A stretch of 64,000 bases of DNA from assembly GCA_963787355.1 (NCBI GenBank), contig CAWBCP010000008.1, forward strand, positions 16,065 to 80,064, in the 5' to 3' direction. Made by a program: the position numbers and the translations under genes. The number at the start of each line of letters is the position of its first letter. Positions within the stretch are counted from its first letter, which is position 1. The DNA comes from an uncultured Planctomycetaceae bacterium. GTDB lineage: Bacteria > Planctomycetota > Planctomycetia > Pirellulales > PALSA-1355. The notes beneath the pieces were generated by a model. The model had not been told where the DNA came from and did not search any database. It was given only the letters and a program-made list of their open reading frames with translations. This document shows, one piece after another, positions 33,926 through 44,103 of this stretch.

Positions 33926-35001
33926 AGCGCCGGCCCGCTGGCGGACTCGCCCGGCCGCGCCGGGTCTGGGGAGCGACGGAGGTATTCTATCAGCCTGACG
34001 GTGAAACAAGAGAGCGCCTGTTCTCGGATGTCGTGAGCCTGGTGGGAGCTAACCGAGCACGTTCTCGTGCCTTGCGACGGGCGGTTCGACGGGGGGCGGC
34101 GGTTCGGGCATCGCGCGGGAAGCTGGACCTCGAACACGGTGCCGCTCGAGCCGGCGCGGTCGCGGACCGCGATCTTGCCGTCGAGCCGCTTGACGAGCGT
34201 GCGGACGATGAACAGCCCCAGCCCGGTGCCCGACTGCGAGCGTTCCAGCTCGCTTCCCAGGCGGACGAAGCGGCCAAAGATCTTTCGCCGCAGCTTGGCT
34301 GGAATGCCGCGGCCGTTGTCGGTGATTCGCGTGACGATCGTGCCCGAGCCGTGCCAATGGGAATCGACTTCGACCAGCGGTTCGGAGCCGCCGTACTTGA
34401 CGGCGTTGTCGATCAGGTTGCGAAAGATCATTTCCACGTCGATTGGCCGGGCCCGCACGACGGCCGGCTGGGCGTTGATCCGCACCGTCTCAAGCGGCAA
34501 ATGGTAGCGGAGGCAGGCCGTCTGGGCACAGTCGACGAGCATCCGCGACAGCTCGACGTCGCCGACGTCGGCCTCGACCGGCTGCTGGTCGAGCCGGGCC
34601 GCGTCGAGCATGTGGTTGATCAGCGTGTCGAGCCGCTCGACGTCGTCGAGCATCACGTTGAAGAATTTCGCCTGCTGCTCCTCGGTGACGCTGCGGCGGG
34701 CCAGCGTCTGCAGGTAGAGCTTCAGCGAGGCGATGGGCGACTTCAGCTCGTGGCTGACGCTGTCCATGAAGTTCGACTGCCGCTGGTTGAGCCGGATGCC
34801 CTTGATCGAGATCAGCAGGTACAAGACCACCCCCACCAGCAGCAGGACGAGGAAGATGGTGCCCATCAGCATCAGCACCCAGAACAGGGCGCGCTGCTCG
34901 ACTTCCTGGACGGTCAGCAGGATCCAGCCGACGATCAGCGTGACGACCAATACGATCATCACGACCGCCAGGGTGATCGGCCATCCGTAAGAAGCACGCA
35001 T
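33922..35001 (-). CDS. Sensor histidine kinase (two TM helices, HisKA + HATPase_c)
   Basis: H-box SHELKSPIASL, N box NLIDNAVKY, G boxes DNGRGIP and GTGLGLFIV. The stop overlaps the regulator start (ATGA). The last 60 aa or so are atypical. Confidence 0.8.
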   Translation of the reverse strand: MRASYGWPITLAVVMIVLVVTLIVGWILLTVQEVEQRALFWVLMLMGTIFLVLLLVGVVLYLLISIKGIRLNQRQSNFMDSVSHELKSPIASLKLYLQTLARRSVTEEQQAKFFNVMLDDVERLDTLINHMLDAARLDQQPVEADVGDVELSRMLVDCAQTACLRYHLPLETVRINAQPAVVRARPIDVEMIFRNLIDNAVKYGGSEPLVEVDSHWHGSGTIVTRITDNGRGIPAKLRRKIFGRFVRLGSELERSQSGTGLGLFIVRTLVKRLDGKIAVRDRAGSSGTVFEVQLPARCPNRRPPSNRPSQGTRTCSVSSHQAHDIREQALSCFTVRLIEYLRRSPDPARPGESASGPAL

Positions 35002-35719
35002 GCAGGGTCGCCCGAGTGAGGGGGTATTCGAGTGTGGTGCCAGCGGCAAAGGTCGCAGCGGCCCTGAGCCTAACGCCAGCATGACCGGCGTCAAGCGGCG
35101 GGGGCCGCCCGTTGCGGCGTGCACTCGCCTGGCGGCTCAGCGGGGGCTGCATCGCGTTTTTCGGCGTTGCCGCACGGTCGCAGCGTTCAATTCTACGCAC
35201 TCGGCACGCGAGATGCTTCCCTGGTTGCTGGCCGCGGCGAGGGCTGGCCCCCACAGGGCCCCCTGCTAGCGGCTCGAAGAGGCGGCGCCGGCACCACTTC
35301 AGTGCGACTCGCGTCCGGGGAACTTCTGGCCGGCGGCCGAAACTGCGATTGTAAGAAATGGAAAAAGGGACGACTATGTTGCACGCTCTGGGCGGAACTT
35401 CCTCTCGAGCGCTAAGACGTTTTCGGTCCCGCCGTCGTGGGATGCGAGGCAATCCACTTGCCTGACTGGCACGGACGCCGGTCGACCCGCAAGCCCCGTG
35501 ACGCCCTGCCATCCGCGCTCGAAACAACAACAAGGAGGTTGCCCGAGCGATTGTCCGTGCCGCGCTTCGTCGCGGCGGCGGGGCCCGCTCGGACTTTTTA
35601 GGCGTCTGTTCGACGCCGACACCAATTCAACCGCTCGCGCAGCCGTCGTGCGTGCGCGGCGGCGATGACGGCCGGCAGGGATTGCCGGTCGTGGGGCGGA
35701 ACTTTCCACGGAGGGAACT

Positions 35720-37225
35720 ATGGTCGCGGTGCATCTGGCAGCCCTGGCGTTGGCGGTGTCGGCCCCAGGCGAGACCGTGCTGTTGGACTTTACGGCCCCC
35801 TGGTGCGCGCCCTGCCGCTCGATGGAGGGCACGCTCGACGAAATCGAGCAGGCCGGCTACCCGGTACGCAAGGTGAACATCGACCGCGAGCGGTCGGTGG
35901 CCCAGCAGTATGACATCCGCAGCATTCCGGCCTACGTGCTATTGGTCGACGGCCAGGAAGCTGGCCGGCTCGTCGGCGCCGTCGCCGTTCCGAGATCATC
36001 GACCTATATGCCCGCGCGGGCGTGGGTCCGCACGGCCAGCGCACGGGCGATCGCCCGCGGCCAGTCGCCCGACCTGCCGCCGAGCGTGCCGGTGGCCGGG
36101 CAGTTCGAGCGCAACCCGCTAACGCCGGCCCGCGCCGCGGGCTTTGATGGCGCCGGCGCCAGCGGCGACGCCTCGGGGGTCACGTCGCAGGCCTTGATCG
36201 AATCGAGCGTGCGGCTGAACATCGCCGACCCGGCCGGCTCGTCGTACGGGTCGGGCACGATCATCGATGCCCGGCAGGGCGAGGCACTGGTGCTCACCTG
36301 CGGGCACATCTTCCGCGACTCGAAGGGGCAGGGGACGATCACGGTCGACCTGTTCGGCGCCGGCGCGCAAAAGCTGCCGGGGCGCGTCGTGGCTTATGAT
36401 CTCGACAACGACATTGGGCTGATCGCCATCCAGCCGGGCGTGCCGGTGCGCGTGGCGGCGGTGGCGTCGAAGGGATGCCAGGTGGCCAAGGGCGACCGCG
36501 TGACCACGGTAGGCTGCAACAATGGCGGCCCGGCCACGGCCGTGGTCAGCTCAGTCACGGCGATCGGCAAGTACCTGGGTCCGCCGAACGTGCAGGTGGC
36601 CGGCATGCCCGTGCAAGGCCGCAGCGGCGGCGGGCTGTTCAATGCCCAGGGGCAAGTGATCGGCGTGTGCAACGCGGCCGATCCGGCCGACCAGGAGGGG
36701 CTTTATGCGGCCTTGGCCACGATCCACGCGCAGCTCGACAAGTCGCAATTGTCGATGGTCTATCAAGAGCGCCCCGTGCCGAGCGTGACGCCGGCGGTGG
36801 AAGTGGCGGCCGTCAACACCTCGCTGCCAGGCCCAACGGGCGCCATGCCGGGGCCAATGCCCACCGCGGGCCGGCTGCCGCAGCCGGGTCCGATGGCGGC
36901 CATGCCGACGGCGCCGGGCCCAAGTCAGCCGATGCACGTTGGCCCGGGGCCGAGCGCCGACGGGCTGTCGGATCGGGAGCGGGCCACGCTGGCCGAGCTG
37001 CGCAACCGGGGCGACGGCGCGGAGGTGATTTGCATCGTCCGTTCGCTCACCAATCCGCAAGCCAAGAGCGAGGTGATCGTGCTGGACCGCGCCAGCCCGG
37101 CGTTTCTTCAGCAGCTTTCGGCTGATAGCGCCGCGCAGGATGCCCGGCATCTGACGTCGCTAAGGCGCACGCAGCCGGCGAGTATTCGCACGGCCGAGCG
37201 GGCGGGAGCCGCGACGCGACGGTGA
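35720..37225 (+). CDS. Thioredoxin-domain / trypsin-like serine protease fusion protein
   Basis: ATG 4 nt after GGAGGG. Thioredoxin motif TAPWCAPC; candidate catalytic residues in LTCGHIF, DNDIGLI and GRSGGGLF; a Pro/Met-rich linker; an additional C-terminal domain. Confidence 0.65.
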   Translation: MVAVHLAALALAVSAPGETVLLDFTAPWCAPCRSMEGTLDEIEQAGYPVRKVNIDRERSVAQQYDIRSIPAYVLLVDGQEAGRLVGAVAVPRSSTYMPARAWVRTASARAIARGQSPDLPPSVPVAGQFERNPLTPARAAGFDGAGASGDASGVTSQALIESSVRLNIADPAGSSYGSGTIIDARQGEALVLTCGHIFRDSKGQGTITVDLFGAGAQKLPGRVVAYDLDNDIGLIAIQPGVPVRVAAVASKGCQVAKGDRVTTVGCNNGGPATAVVSSVTAIGKYLGPPNVQVAGMPVQGRSGGGLFNAQGQVIGVCNAADPADQEGLYAALATIHAQLDKSQLSMVYQERPVPSVTPAVEVAAVNTSLPGPTGAMPGPMPTAGRLPQPGPMAAMPTAPGPSQPMHVGPGPSADGLSDRERATLAELRNRGDGAEVICIVRSLTNPQAKSEVIVLDRASPAFLQQLSADSAAQDARHLTSLRRTQPASIRTAERAGAATRR

Positions 37226-37410
37226 AACGCGCCGCGAGGACTGCGGACCAGCAGCGGGTTTCCGTGCCAAAGTGCAGCCCATTCGACAAAACAGGCTGCG
37301 CGCGCGCTGCGGCGCATGGAAAAGGGCGCTCACGTCTTCCTGCTCGAAAGGACCAGCTAACTAGCAGAAGATCGTGAGCGCCCTGTCAATTCAAGTCGTG
37401 GACGCGCGAG

Positions 37411-38179
37411 TCAAACTCGGCGACGGGCGACTCGCCGGCGCAGCAGCGAGGCCGCGCAAGACGCTGCCCCGATTCCGAAAAGCAGCGCCGGACGGCTCCG
37501 GCACGGGAATCGCCGCGTTGTAGATTGCCAGCACGGCGTCCGTTTGTTGACCAACGGGCGCACCGGTGAAGTCGGCGGTGGCCCACGTGTCGAGCAGCGG
37601 CGGGGACGTCACGGTCAATCCGCCGGGGTACGAGGCGGTGAATGTGAAGGCGAAGCCGTAAACGCCGTCGCCTTGCGAGTAGTTGAACAAGAGTTTTTGC
37701 AGTTCGTGCGGGTCGGTGCCCTTGACGTCGAAGCCGCCTAGCGACGGGTCGTTGCCGTACAGGTAAATCGTCGGCGAGGCTTGTAACCGGTCGTAGATTT
37801 CGACGTACGTGCTCTGGTCGGAGGGATCAGGGCTTGAGCCGTGGTCCGTGTGGGATGGATCGACAAAGGCCGGCACCGCCGCGCCGCCGTTGGAATACAA
37901 CAGCGGACTGACAATGTCGAAGGTGAACGTGGGCGTGCCGGGAGTCCCAAAACTGAAATCGCCGAACGCGAATCCTTCGATCGAGCCGATGCTCCCGTCG
38001 GGGTTGGGATCGCCGAACTGGTCGTAGAAAATGTTCAAGTCGGGGTAGCCGTCGAGCGGCGCCTCGGACGATGGCGTGATCTGGCTTCCGGCAAGGCTGA
38101 GGCTGAAACCGTGCGCCCATGCATCGGCGGCCGTAGCTGCCAGTGCAAGGAAGCTGATGCCAAAGAGGAACTTGCGCAT
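37411..38179 (-). CDS. Secreted PEP-CTERM-anchored protein with predicted N-terminal His after signal cleavage (one frame break near 37487)
   Basis: Signal peptide MRKFLFGISFLALAATAADAWA followed by HGF. C-terminal VPEPS, then LLFGIGAASCAASLLRRRVARRRV-stop in the adjacent frame. The uncorrected ORF runs to 37391. Confidence 0.6.
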
Positions 38180-38210
38180 TTGAAAAACTCCAAAAGTTGT
38201 CGGTCTTTGA

Positions 38211-38957
38211 TTATTTCACCGGACGGGCAAAATTCGTGTTGCTGTACCCGTCCGGCCCGGTTCCATTGGCAACGTCCTGTTGAACCCACGACAGAAAGGT
38301 CTCCAGTGTAATCGTCTCCGCGTGTCCGTCCGCGTAGAGATAGTTCGCGCAGGTGTCGTGCCGCTGGGGGTTGATCTCCGCAGTGATGGTTGACATGACC
38401 AGGCCGTGCGAAATGTCGCCCGGCGCATACCAACTCGAAGTATGGACGTGATCTCCCTCGATGCGCACCGCATCGGAACCCTCGAACAAGACAATCAGGC
38501 TGTGGGTCTGTTTGATCTTGTTGATGTTCAATGCGTAGTACTTCTTGTCGGGAGTTTTGAAGGCCACGTATTCGTTGATGACGTAGCTCGTGCCGGGATG
38601 ACCCTGGACATCGACGAGACGTTTCACGCCCAACGGGTCGTCGGGACAGAGCCGCATGGAGTCGACGTCCTCTACGAACGGTGCGATCGTCTCGGTCCAC
38701 GAGAGGGTATCCCCGGCATGGTAGGTCCAGGGAAAATGGCCCTCGTGGGTGTCGAGAAACTGTTCCATCGCAACCCCAAACTGATGCAGATTGTTCAGGC
38801 ATTTCGAACGGCGCGCGGCCTCGCGTGTGTATTGGACGGCCGGTAGCAGCAGTCCAATCAGCAGGCCGATGATCGCGATGACCACCAGAAGTTCGACAAG
38901 CGTGAACGCGGGGCTTCGCCCGCGTCGGCAATGCGAGCGCGATGTGCAGCAATCCAT
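38211..38957 (-). CDS. DUF1559 / H-X9-DG protein with a prepilin-type N-terminal cleavage/methylation domain
   Basis: Intact. [16 protein letters not shown], and [12 protein letters not shown] near the C-terminus. Confidence 0.8.
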   Translation of the reverse strand: MDCCTSRSHCRRGRSPAFTLVELLVVIAIIGLLIGLLLPAVQYTREAARRSKCLNNLHQFGVAMEQFLDTHEGHFPWTYHAGDTLSWTETIAPFVEDVDSMRLCPDDPLGVKRLVDVQGHPGTSYVINEYVAFKTPDKKYYALNINKIKQTHSLIVLFEGSDAVRIEGDHVHTSSWYAPGDISHGLVMSTITAEINPQRHDTCANYLYADGHAETITLETFLSWVQQDVANGTGPDGYSNTNFARPVK

Positions 38958-39057
38958 CGGATGGAACTTCGCAGGGGGACTGAGAACGATGCCATGCGGA
39001 TGCTCGCTGCCAAAATGATTCGGCAGTCAAGCGTCCAACGAAGACGAGGCAACGAAC

Positions 39058-39645
39058 TCAGACGCGAGGCGGGGGTATCGGCGGCGCGAGGTCGGCGGAG
39101 GGGAATAACGAGCCTTCGGCGTGCAACCACTCGACAACATCCCATTGGAATTGCCAGGCGACCGGCGGAGCAACGGGCAATACGGACCCACAGGCACTCC
39201 ATAGAGTCGTCATGCCTTGGCACTGCATGGCAAACACTCCGATCGCGAACCGGGTGCCCGGAGCTTGGTGCTCGTGACCGGCGGGGTGATGGCCGTGGTC
39301 GTGCTTGGCGCAACAGGAGTGGTGCCCGGGGGCCTGGCAGTCCGCATGGTCGTCGACAGCCGCCAAGGCGGCAACCAGCTCGGCGGGAGGCTCGACGTGA
39401 TGGTCGATTGCCCACGCCAATCGCTGGGCTGGCGTGAAACAGCAGCAATGGCTCCAACATTGTTCGGCGCTCGAACAGCCGCAGGCATGATGCTGACAGG
39501 GATAGGCGCCGCCGTGCGACTTGGCGGTTGGAATGGGGACAGGCAGCCCGGTCGCGGCCAAGACGTAGGCGAAAAGCGAAATGCCCGCCACCCATCGGCG
39601 GTGCCAAGAGCGATCAAATGCCAGAAGTCGGGCCAACAAGCGCAT
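39058..39645 (-). CDS. Cys/His-rich single-pass membrane protein, hypothetical (putative metal-binding)
   Basis: ORF 39058-39732, start chosen at MRLLARLL. TM helix WVAGISLFAYVLAATGL. Clusters YPCQHHACGCSSAEQCWSHCCCF and HADCQAPGHHSCCAKHDHGHHPAGHEH. Confidence 0.5.
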   Translation of the reverse strand: MRLLARLLAFDRSWHRRWVAGISLFAYVLAATGLPVPIPTAKSHGGAYPCQHHACGCSSAEQCWSHCCCFTPAQRLAWAIDHHVEPPAELVAALAAVDDHADCQAPGHHSCCAKHDHGHHPAGHEHQAPGTRFAIGVFAMQCQGMTTLWSACGSVLPVAPPVAWQFQWDVVEWLHAEGSLFPSADLAPPIPPPRV

Positions 39646-40091
39646 GTCGATGCAGGCGGGGTGAACGAAAGCCTGCTCGCCAGAGGAGCGAGCGGGCTGG
39701 GATGAACCAATGGACGTCAACGTCAGAAGCACTGGCGTTGAGTCGATTCCATTAGCATCTTGAGGTAGGAGGACGAAACGCGGCCGACCAAAACGGCATC
39801 CGTCATAGTGTTACCAAGGGCCGGCCCGATTTGCAAGCATTTTGCCGCAAAGTGGCAAAAAACACCGGGATTTGCCGGTGCCTGCTTGGGAACGTGGCAC
39901 CCTTTCGAGAAAAACAGGGACGGGAGTCGGTTTCTTGAGCTGTCGGCGAACGTCTTCAAGTCGTGTGCAAAACGACGCCCGTCCCCGTCGTTCAGCGGCC
40001 CGCGTCCGCTCGTTTGCCGAGGTTGCCGCCTGGCGGTAGGCTTGTTGGGCGGGCGAAGACTCCAAGGCCGGCAACACCCGAGCGGGCTGTG

Positions 40092-40713
40092 ATGAAGTTG
40101 TTCTGCGTGCGGCATGGCGAGACGAGTTTCAACGCCGAGGGCCGCATCCAGGGGCAGCTCGACAGTCAGCTTTCGGAGCTGGGCTGGCGGCAGTGCCGCT
40201 GGCTGGCCGATTATTTCGCCCCGCTTTCAATCGACGCGGTGGTGGCCAGCCCGTTGAGCCGGGCGCTCGACTCGGCGCAGGCGATTGCCGAGCGGTTGCG
40301 ATTGGAAGTTGTCGTCGAGCCGCGGCTGGCGGAGATTCACGCCGGCATTTTTCAGGGCCTGGCCTGGCGCGACATCGACGCGCGGTTTCCGGCCGAGGCC
40401 GTGCGGTGGCGCAGGCCAGGATCCCGACTTTCGCATACCCGAGGGGGAGTCGCGGCGCAGACCTGATGACGCGCACGGCGCGGCCTTGCGATCGATTCGC
40501 GAGGCCGGCTATCGCCAGGCGATCGTCGTGGCCCACGGCGGCTCGCTGTCGGCGGCCTTCAAAGCCCTGCTGGGCATCCCGGCCGAGCACAACCCGTTCG
40601 CGTTGTTCAACGGTTCGATCAGCACGGTCGTGTGGGACAAGGATTTCAAGTTGTTGACGCTGAACGAGACGGCCCACCTGCGCGACGAGCAATCGGGCGG
40701 GGGGGATTTGTAG
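40092..40713 (+). CDS. Histidine phosphatase family protein (phosphoglycerate-mutase-like); about 2 frame breaks near 40415-40460
   Basis: MKLFCVRHGETSFN catalytic RHG motif; VVAHGGSLSA in the second fragment (ORF 40285-40713). Confidence 0.75.
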
Positions 40714-40798
40714 GCGGGGTGGAATGCTGCTGATGGCGCGCACGGCAGACGCGCGCTGCCCGCCGCTGTCCGGCGGCGCAACGTCGACTTCGAGAACA

Positions 40799-41548
40799 TC
40801 ACCGCTCGATTTCGGCCATCGCTTCTTCGGGGATGTTGAAATTGGCCGAGACGTTTTGCACGTCGTCGTGGTCGTCCAAGCGCTCCATCAGCTTGAGCAC
40901 CTTGCGGGCGGTTTCGGCGTCCAGGTCGATCGTGGAATTGGGGATGCGGGTGATCTGGCTCACTTCGGGCGTGATGCCCTTGGCCGACAGCGCCGTGCCG
41001 ACTTCGGCGAACAGGCTGGGGTCGCAGGTGACTTCGAACTTGTCGTCGACGCGCTTCACGTCGTCGGCGCCGGCTTCCAGGGCGAATTCCAACAGCGTGT
41101 CTTCGTCGACCTGCTCGGGCGAGACGAGGAACAGCCCCTTGCGCTCGAACATCCAGGCCACGCAGCCGGTGGCGCCGAGCTTGCCCTCGGCCAACTCGAA
41201 GATCTTGCGAATCTCGCCGGCCGTACGGTTGCGATTGTCGGTGAGGATTTCGCACAACACGGCCACGCCGCCGGGACCGTAGCCTTCGTAGAGCACTTCT
41301 TCGAGATTGCCGCCGTCGAGCTCGCCGGTGCCGCGCTTGATGGCTCGTTGGATGTTGTCCTTGGGCACGCTGACGGCCTTGGCGGCGTCGATGGCGTAGC
41401 GGAGCTTGAGGTTCATGTCGACGTCGCCGCCGCCGCTCTTGGCAGCCACGATGATGGCTTTCGAGAGTTTGCTCCAGAGCTTGCCGCGCTTGTTGTCGAT
41501 GAGGGCCTTCTTGTGCGCGATGTTGGCCCAATGGGAATGACCGGCCAT
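40799..41548 (-). CDS. yebC: YebC/PmpR-family transcriptional regulator
   Basis: Intact. MAGHSHWANIAHKK N-terminus and full-length family resemblance. Confidence 0.9.
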   Translation of the reverse strand: MAGHSHWANIAHKKALIDNKRGKLWSKLSKAIIVAAKSGGGDVDMNLKLRYAIDAAKAVSVPKDNIQRAIKRGTGELDGGNLEEVLYEGYGPGGVAVLCEILTDNRNRTAGEIRKIFELAEGKLGATGCVAWMFERKGLFLVSPEQVDEDTLLEFALEAGADDVKRVDDKFEVTCDPSLFAEVGTALSAKGITPEVSQITRIPNSTIDLDAETARKVLKLMERLDDHDDVQNVSANFNIPEEAMAEIER

Positions 41549-41647
41549 GGAATATGCCTCGACTGCGTATCGGTTTTCGTGACGGATGATTTCGTGGGCG
41601 ATGGACTCGGGCGGCAAGACGTCCGTGGTTGAAGCCGCCGGCGGTTT

Positions 41648-43934
41648 TCAATTCTTTGGCGGTACGGCGCGGGCCTTGGCGATCTTTTCGCGGGTTTCGG
41701 CGACCTTGTCGTCTTCCTTGCGTTTTTCGAAGGCGGCGATGGCCCGGTTCCAGGTGTCGATGGCCCCCGGCGCGTCGCCGGCTTTCAGTTGGGCCTCGGC
41801 CAGGTGGTCGAGAATCGTGCCATCGGGATCGTCGCCCGCGGCGGCGGCTTTCAGCTCGGCAATGGCTTCGTTCAAGCGGCCCAGGCGGAACAGCACCCAG
41901 CCGAGACTGTCGCGATAAGCGATGTTCTTGGGCTCGGCGGCCACGGCCGTGCGGATCATTTCCAAGGCCCGATCGAGATGCTTGCCCGAGTCGGCCCACA
42001 GGTAGCCGAGGTCGTTCATGGCGCCGATGTCTTCGGGAAACTCGTCGAGCACCTGTTCGACCCATTCTTCGGCTTCGTCGAGCTTGCCTTCGGTGGCGGC
42101 GATGTTCGAAAGGATCAGCCGGGCCTCGTGCATCACGTCGCGGGCTTCCTCCGAGTCGTGCTGCTTGTCGAACCGCGCGATCGAGGTCTTCGTAGCTCTG
42201 GCGGGCCGACTCGTAGCGCTTGGCGTGGTATTCGATCCAGGCCGCGCGGCCGGCGAAGCGGGGCGAATCCTTTTGCAACTGCCCGGCCTTGCGGGCCGCT
42301 TCCAGCGCCTCTTGGGTGCGTCCCGACATCTCCAGCGCACCGGAGAGATAGAAATAGACCGGGGCGTTGTCGGGCGGCACGATTTTTTCTTCCAGCCCGC
42401 GCTCGAAGACCTTGACGGCGTCGGCGTACTGGGCGGCGGTGAGCAGTTCGAGTCCCCAGGCGACGCGCGCTTCGGCCGGGCGGCCCTTGTCGGCTTTCAG
42501 GGCCGCGTCGAACAGGGCGTTGGCGGCCACGAAGTCCTTTTGTTCGACCGCCAGCGTGGCGGCGGCCAGCCGCGCACCGTAGGGGAGTTTGGCCGGCTCG
42601 GCGTCGAGCCGCCGGCGGGCTTCGGCCACGACGGCGCGGGCCATTTCGGGATCGTCGGCCAGCGAACTTTTCGCCTCGCCCAGCGTGGCCCCGCGGGCGC
42701 TCGGCGGTCTGGCCCAGCAGATCGAGCACGCGGCCGGCGTTCTTTTGGCGGCGATAGACGTCGACCAGCGCGGCCACGGCCTCGGCCGGCGGGCGGTTCT
42801 TCTGACGCTCGACCAGCGCGCGGTAGATCGGCTCGGCCCGGTCGAGCTGGTCGGCCTGGCGATACTGTTGGGCCAGCTCGTAGGCCAGCGGCACGTTTTC
42901 GGGGTCGGCGGCGTGGAGTTTTTCGAGCCGTTCGATGAGTTGCCCCTGCTGGCCGAGGGCTTCGAGCACCTGGCCCAGCAGTTGGTAGGCGCCGGTGCCC
43001 TGGCTGGTGTAGTGCTTGTCGAAATACGTTTCGAGTTTCGCCAGCGCCTGGGCGGGCTGTTTCTGTCGGGCGTCGACGCGGGCCAGATTGTACAGGTGCA
43101 GGGCCTCGTCGGGCTTGATGGCTTGGGCCTTCTCGAAGGCGGCCAGCGCGTCGGCCGGCCGGTTCGCTTCCAAAAACACCTCGCCAAAGAGCTGGTACGT
43201 CAACTCGGCCTTGCTCAACAGCGCCTTCTGCATCGTGGCGTCGAGACCGTACTCCTGTGGCGCGGCCAGCGCCTTGGCCACGTCGTCGAACCGCTCGGCA
43301 GCCTGGTCGTACTTTTTTTCGAGGAAGTAGAGCCGGCCCATCTCCATCCACGTCAGCACCGCGGCGGAGTTCGGCTTTTCGCCGCTCGCGCGCGACAGCT
43401 CGAGCGCCTTTTCATACAGCCGCAGGGCCCGCTGGCTGTCGCCGTCTTCGCTGAGGTTGATGGCCAGGCGGCGCAACAGCAGCAGGTCGCTGGGATCGTG
43501 CTCGGCCAGCAGTTGCGCATAGCGCACCGCTTCGGCCTGGCGATCGAGATTGAACGCCAGCGGCACGATCTCGCGCAAGGCCGAGACGGCCGCCGGATCG
43601 AAGCGAAAGCGCGCTGCGTAGTCGCGCAGGGCCAAGGCGTAGTTTTGCTTCTGTTCGGCGACGCGCGCCGAGGCGAACAACGCGTGGGCCCGCACGCGAT
43701 CCTCGTCGCGCGAGCTGCGCGGCGCTTGGGAACGAAGGGCTCGATCGGGTCTTCCAGCTCGTCGCTGCGATCGAGGGCGGGCGGGCCGGGCGGCGGGGCC
43801 AACGGCGCCGCGGCCACGGGCACCTGGGCGGCGGCCGCAGCGGGCGACGAGGCCGGCGGGTCGGCCAGGGCCTGCATGCGGCCAACGAGCATGAGGGCCA
43901 CGAGCATCAGGCAGGCGGGAAGTTTTGTTCGCAT
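41648..43934 (-). CDS. Large secreted TPR-repeat protein (at least 3 frame breaks)
   Basis: Signal peptide MRTKLPACLMLVALMLVGRMQALA. TPR-like repeats run through ORFs 43353-43934, 42133-44067, 40509-43187 and 41648-42340. Confidence 0.6.
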
Positions 43935-44103
43935 CGGGGCTTTCGGGCGGGATTAGGGGACGCACCGCGCTGGGCGAGCTCACCGCGCGCGCCGGGGGTT
44001 CAGCAAGCGTGGCGTGCCGGCGGTCCACGCGGGGGTGGGGCCTGACCGCCGGCCGGCTGCTTGCCATTTTAACGCATCGGCAAGCGAGGCGGCACTGCGG
44101 CTT

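Noticed and set aside
33922-34110. Atypical 60-aa C-terminal extension of the histidine kinase, as a possible extra domain or hidden frame break
   Set aside because: It cannot be resolved by eye. The ATGA overlap with the response regulator start supports the frame as given, so no separate feature is called.
35532-35602. AAGGAGG followed by short TTG/GTG-initiated ORFs (16-20 codons)
   Set aside because: The spacing to the candidate starts is 0, 12 or 18 nt, and the peptides have no features. Evidence for a leader peptide is insufficient.
40509-43187. 892-aa minus-strand ORF
   Set aside because: Only the central part (about 42200-42720) is in the genuine TPR-protein frame. The remainder overlaps yebC and the histidine phosphatase gene out of frame.
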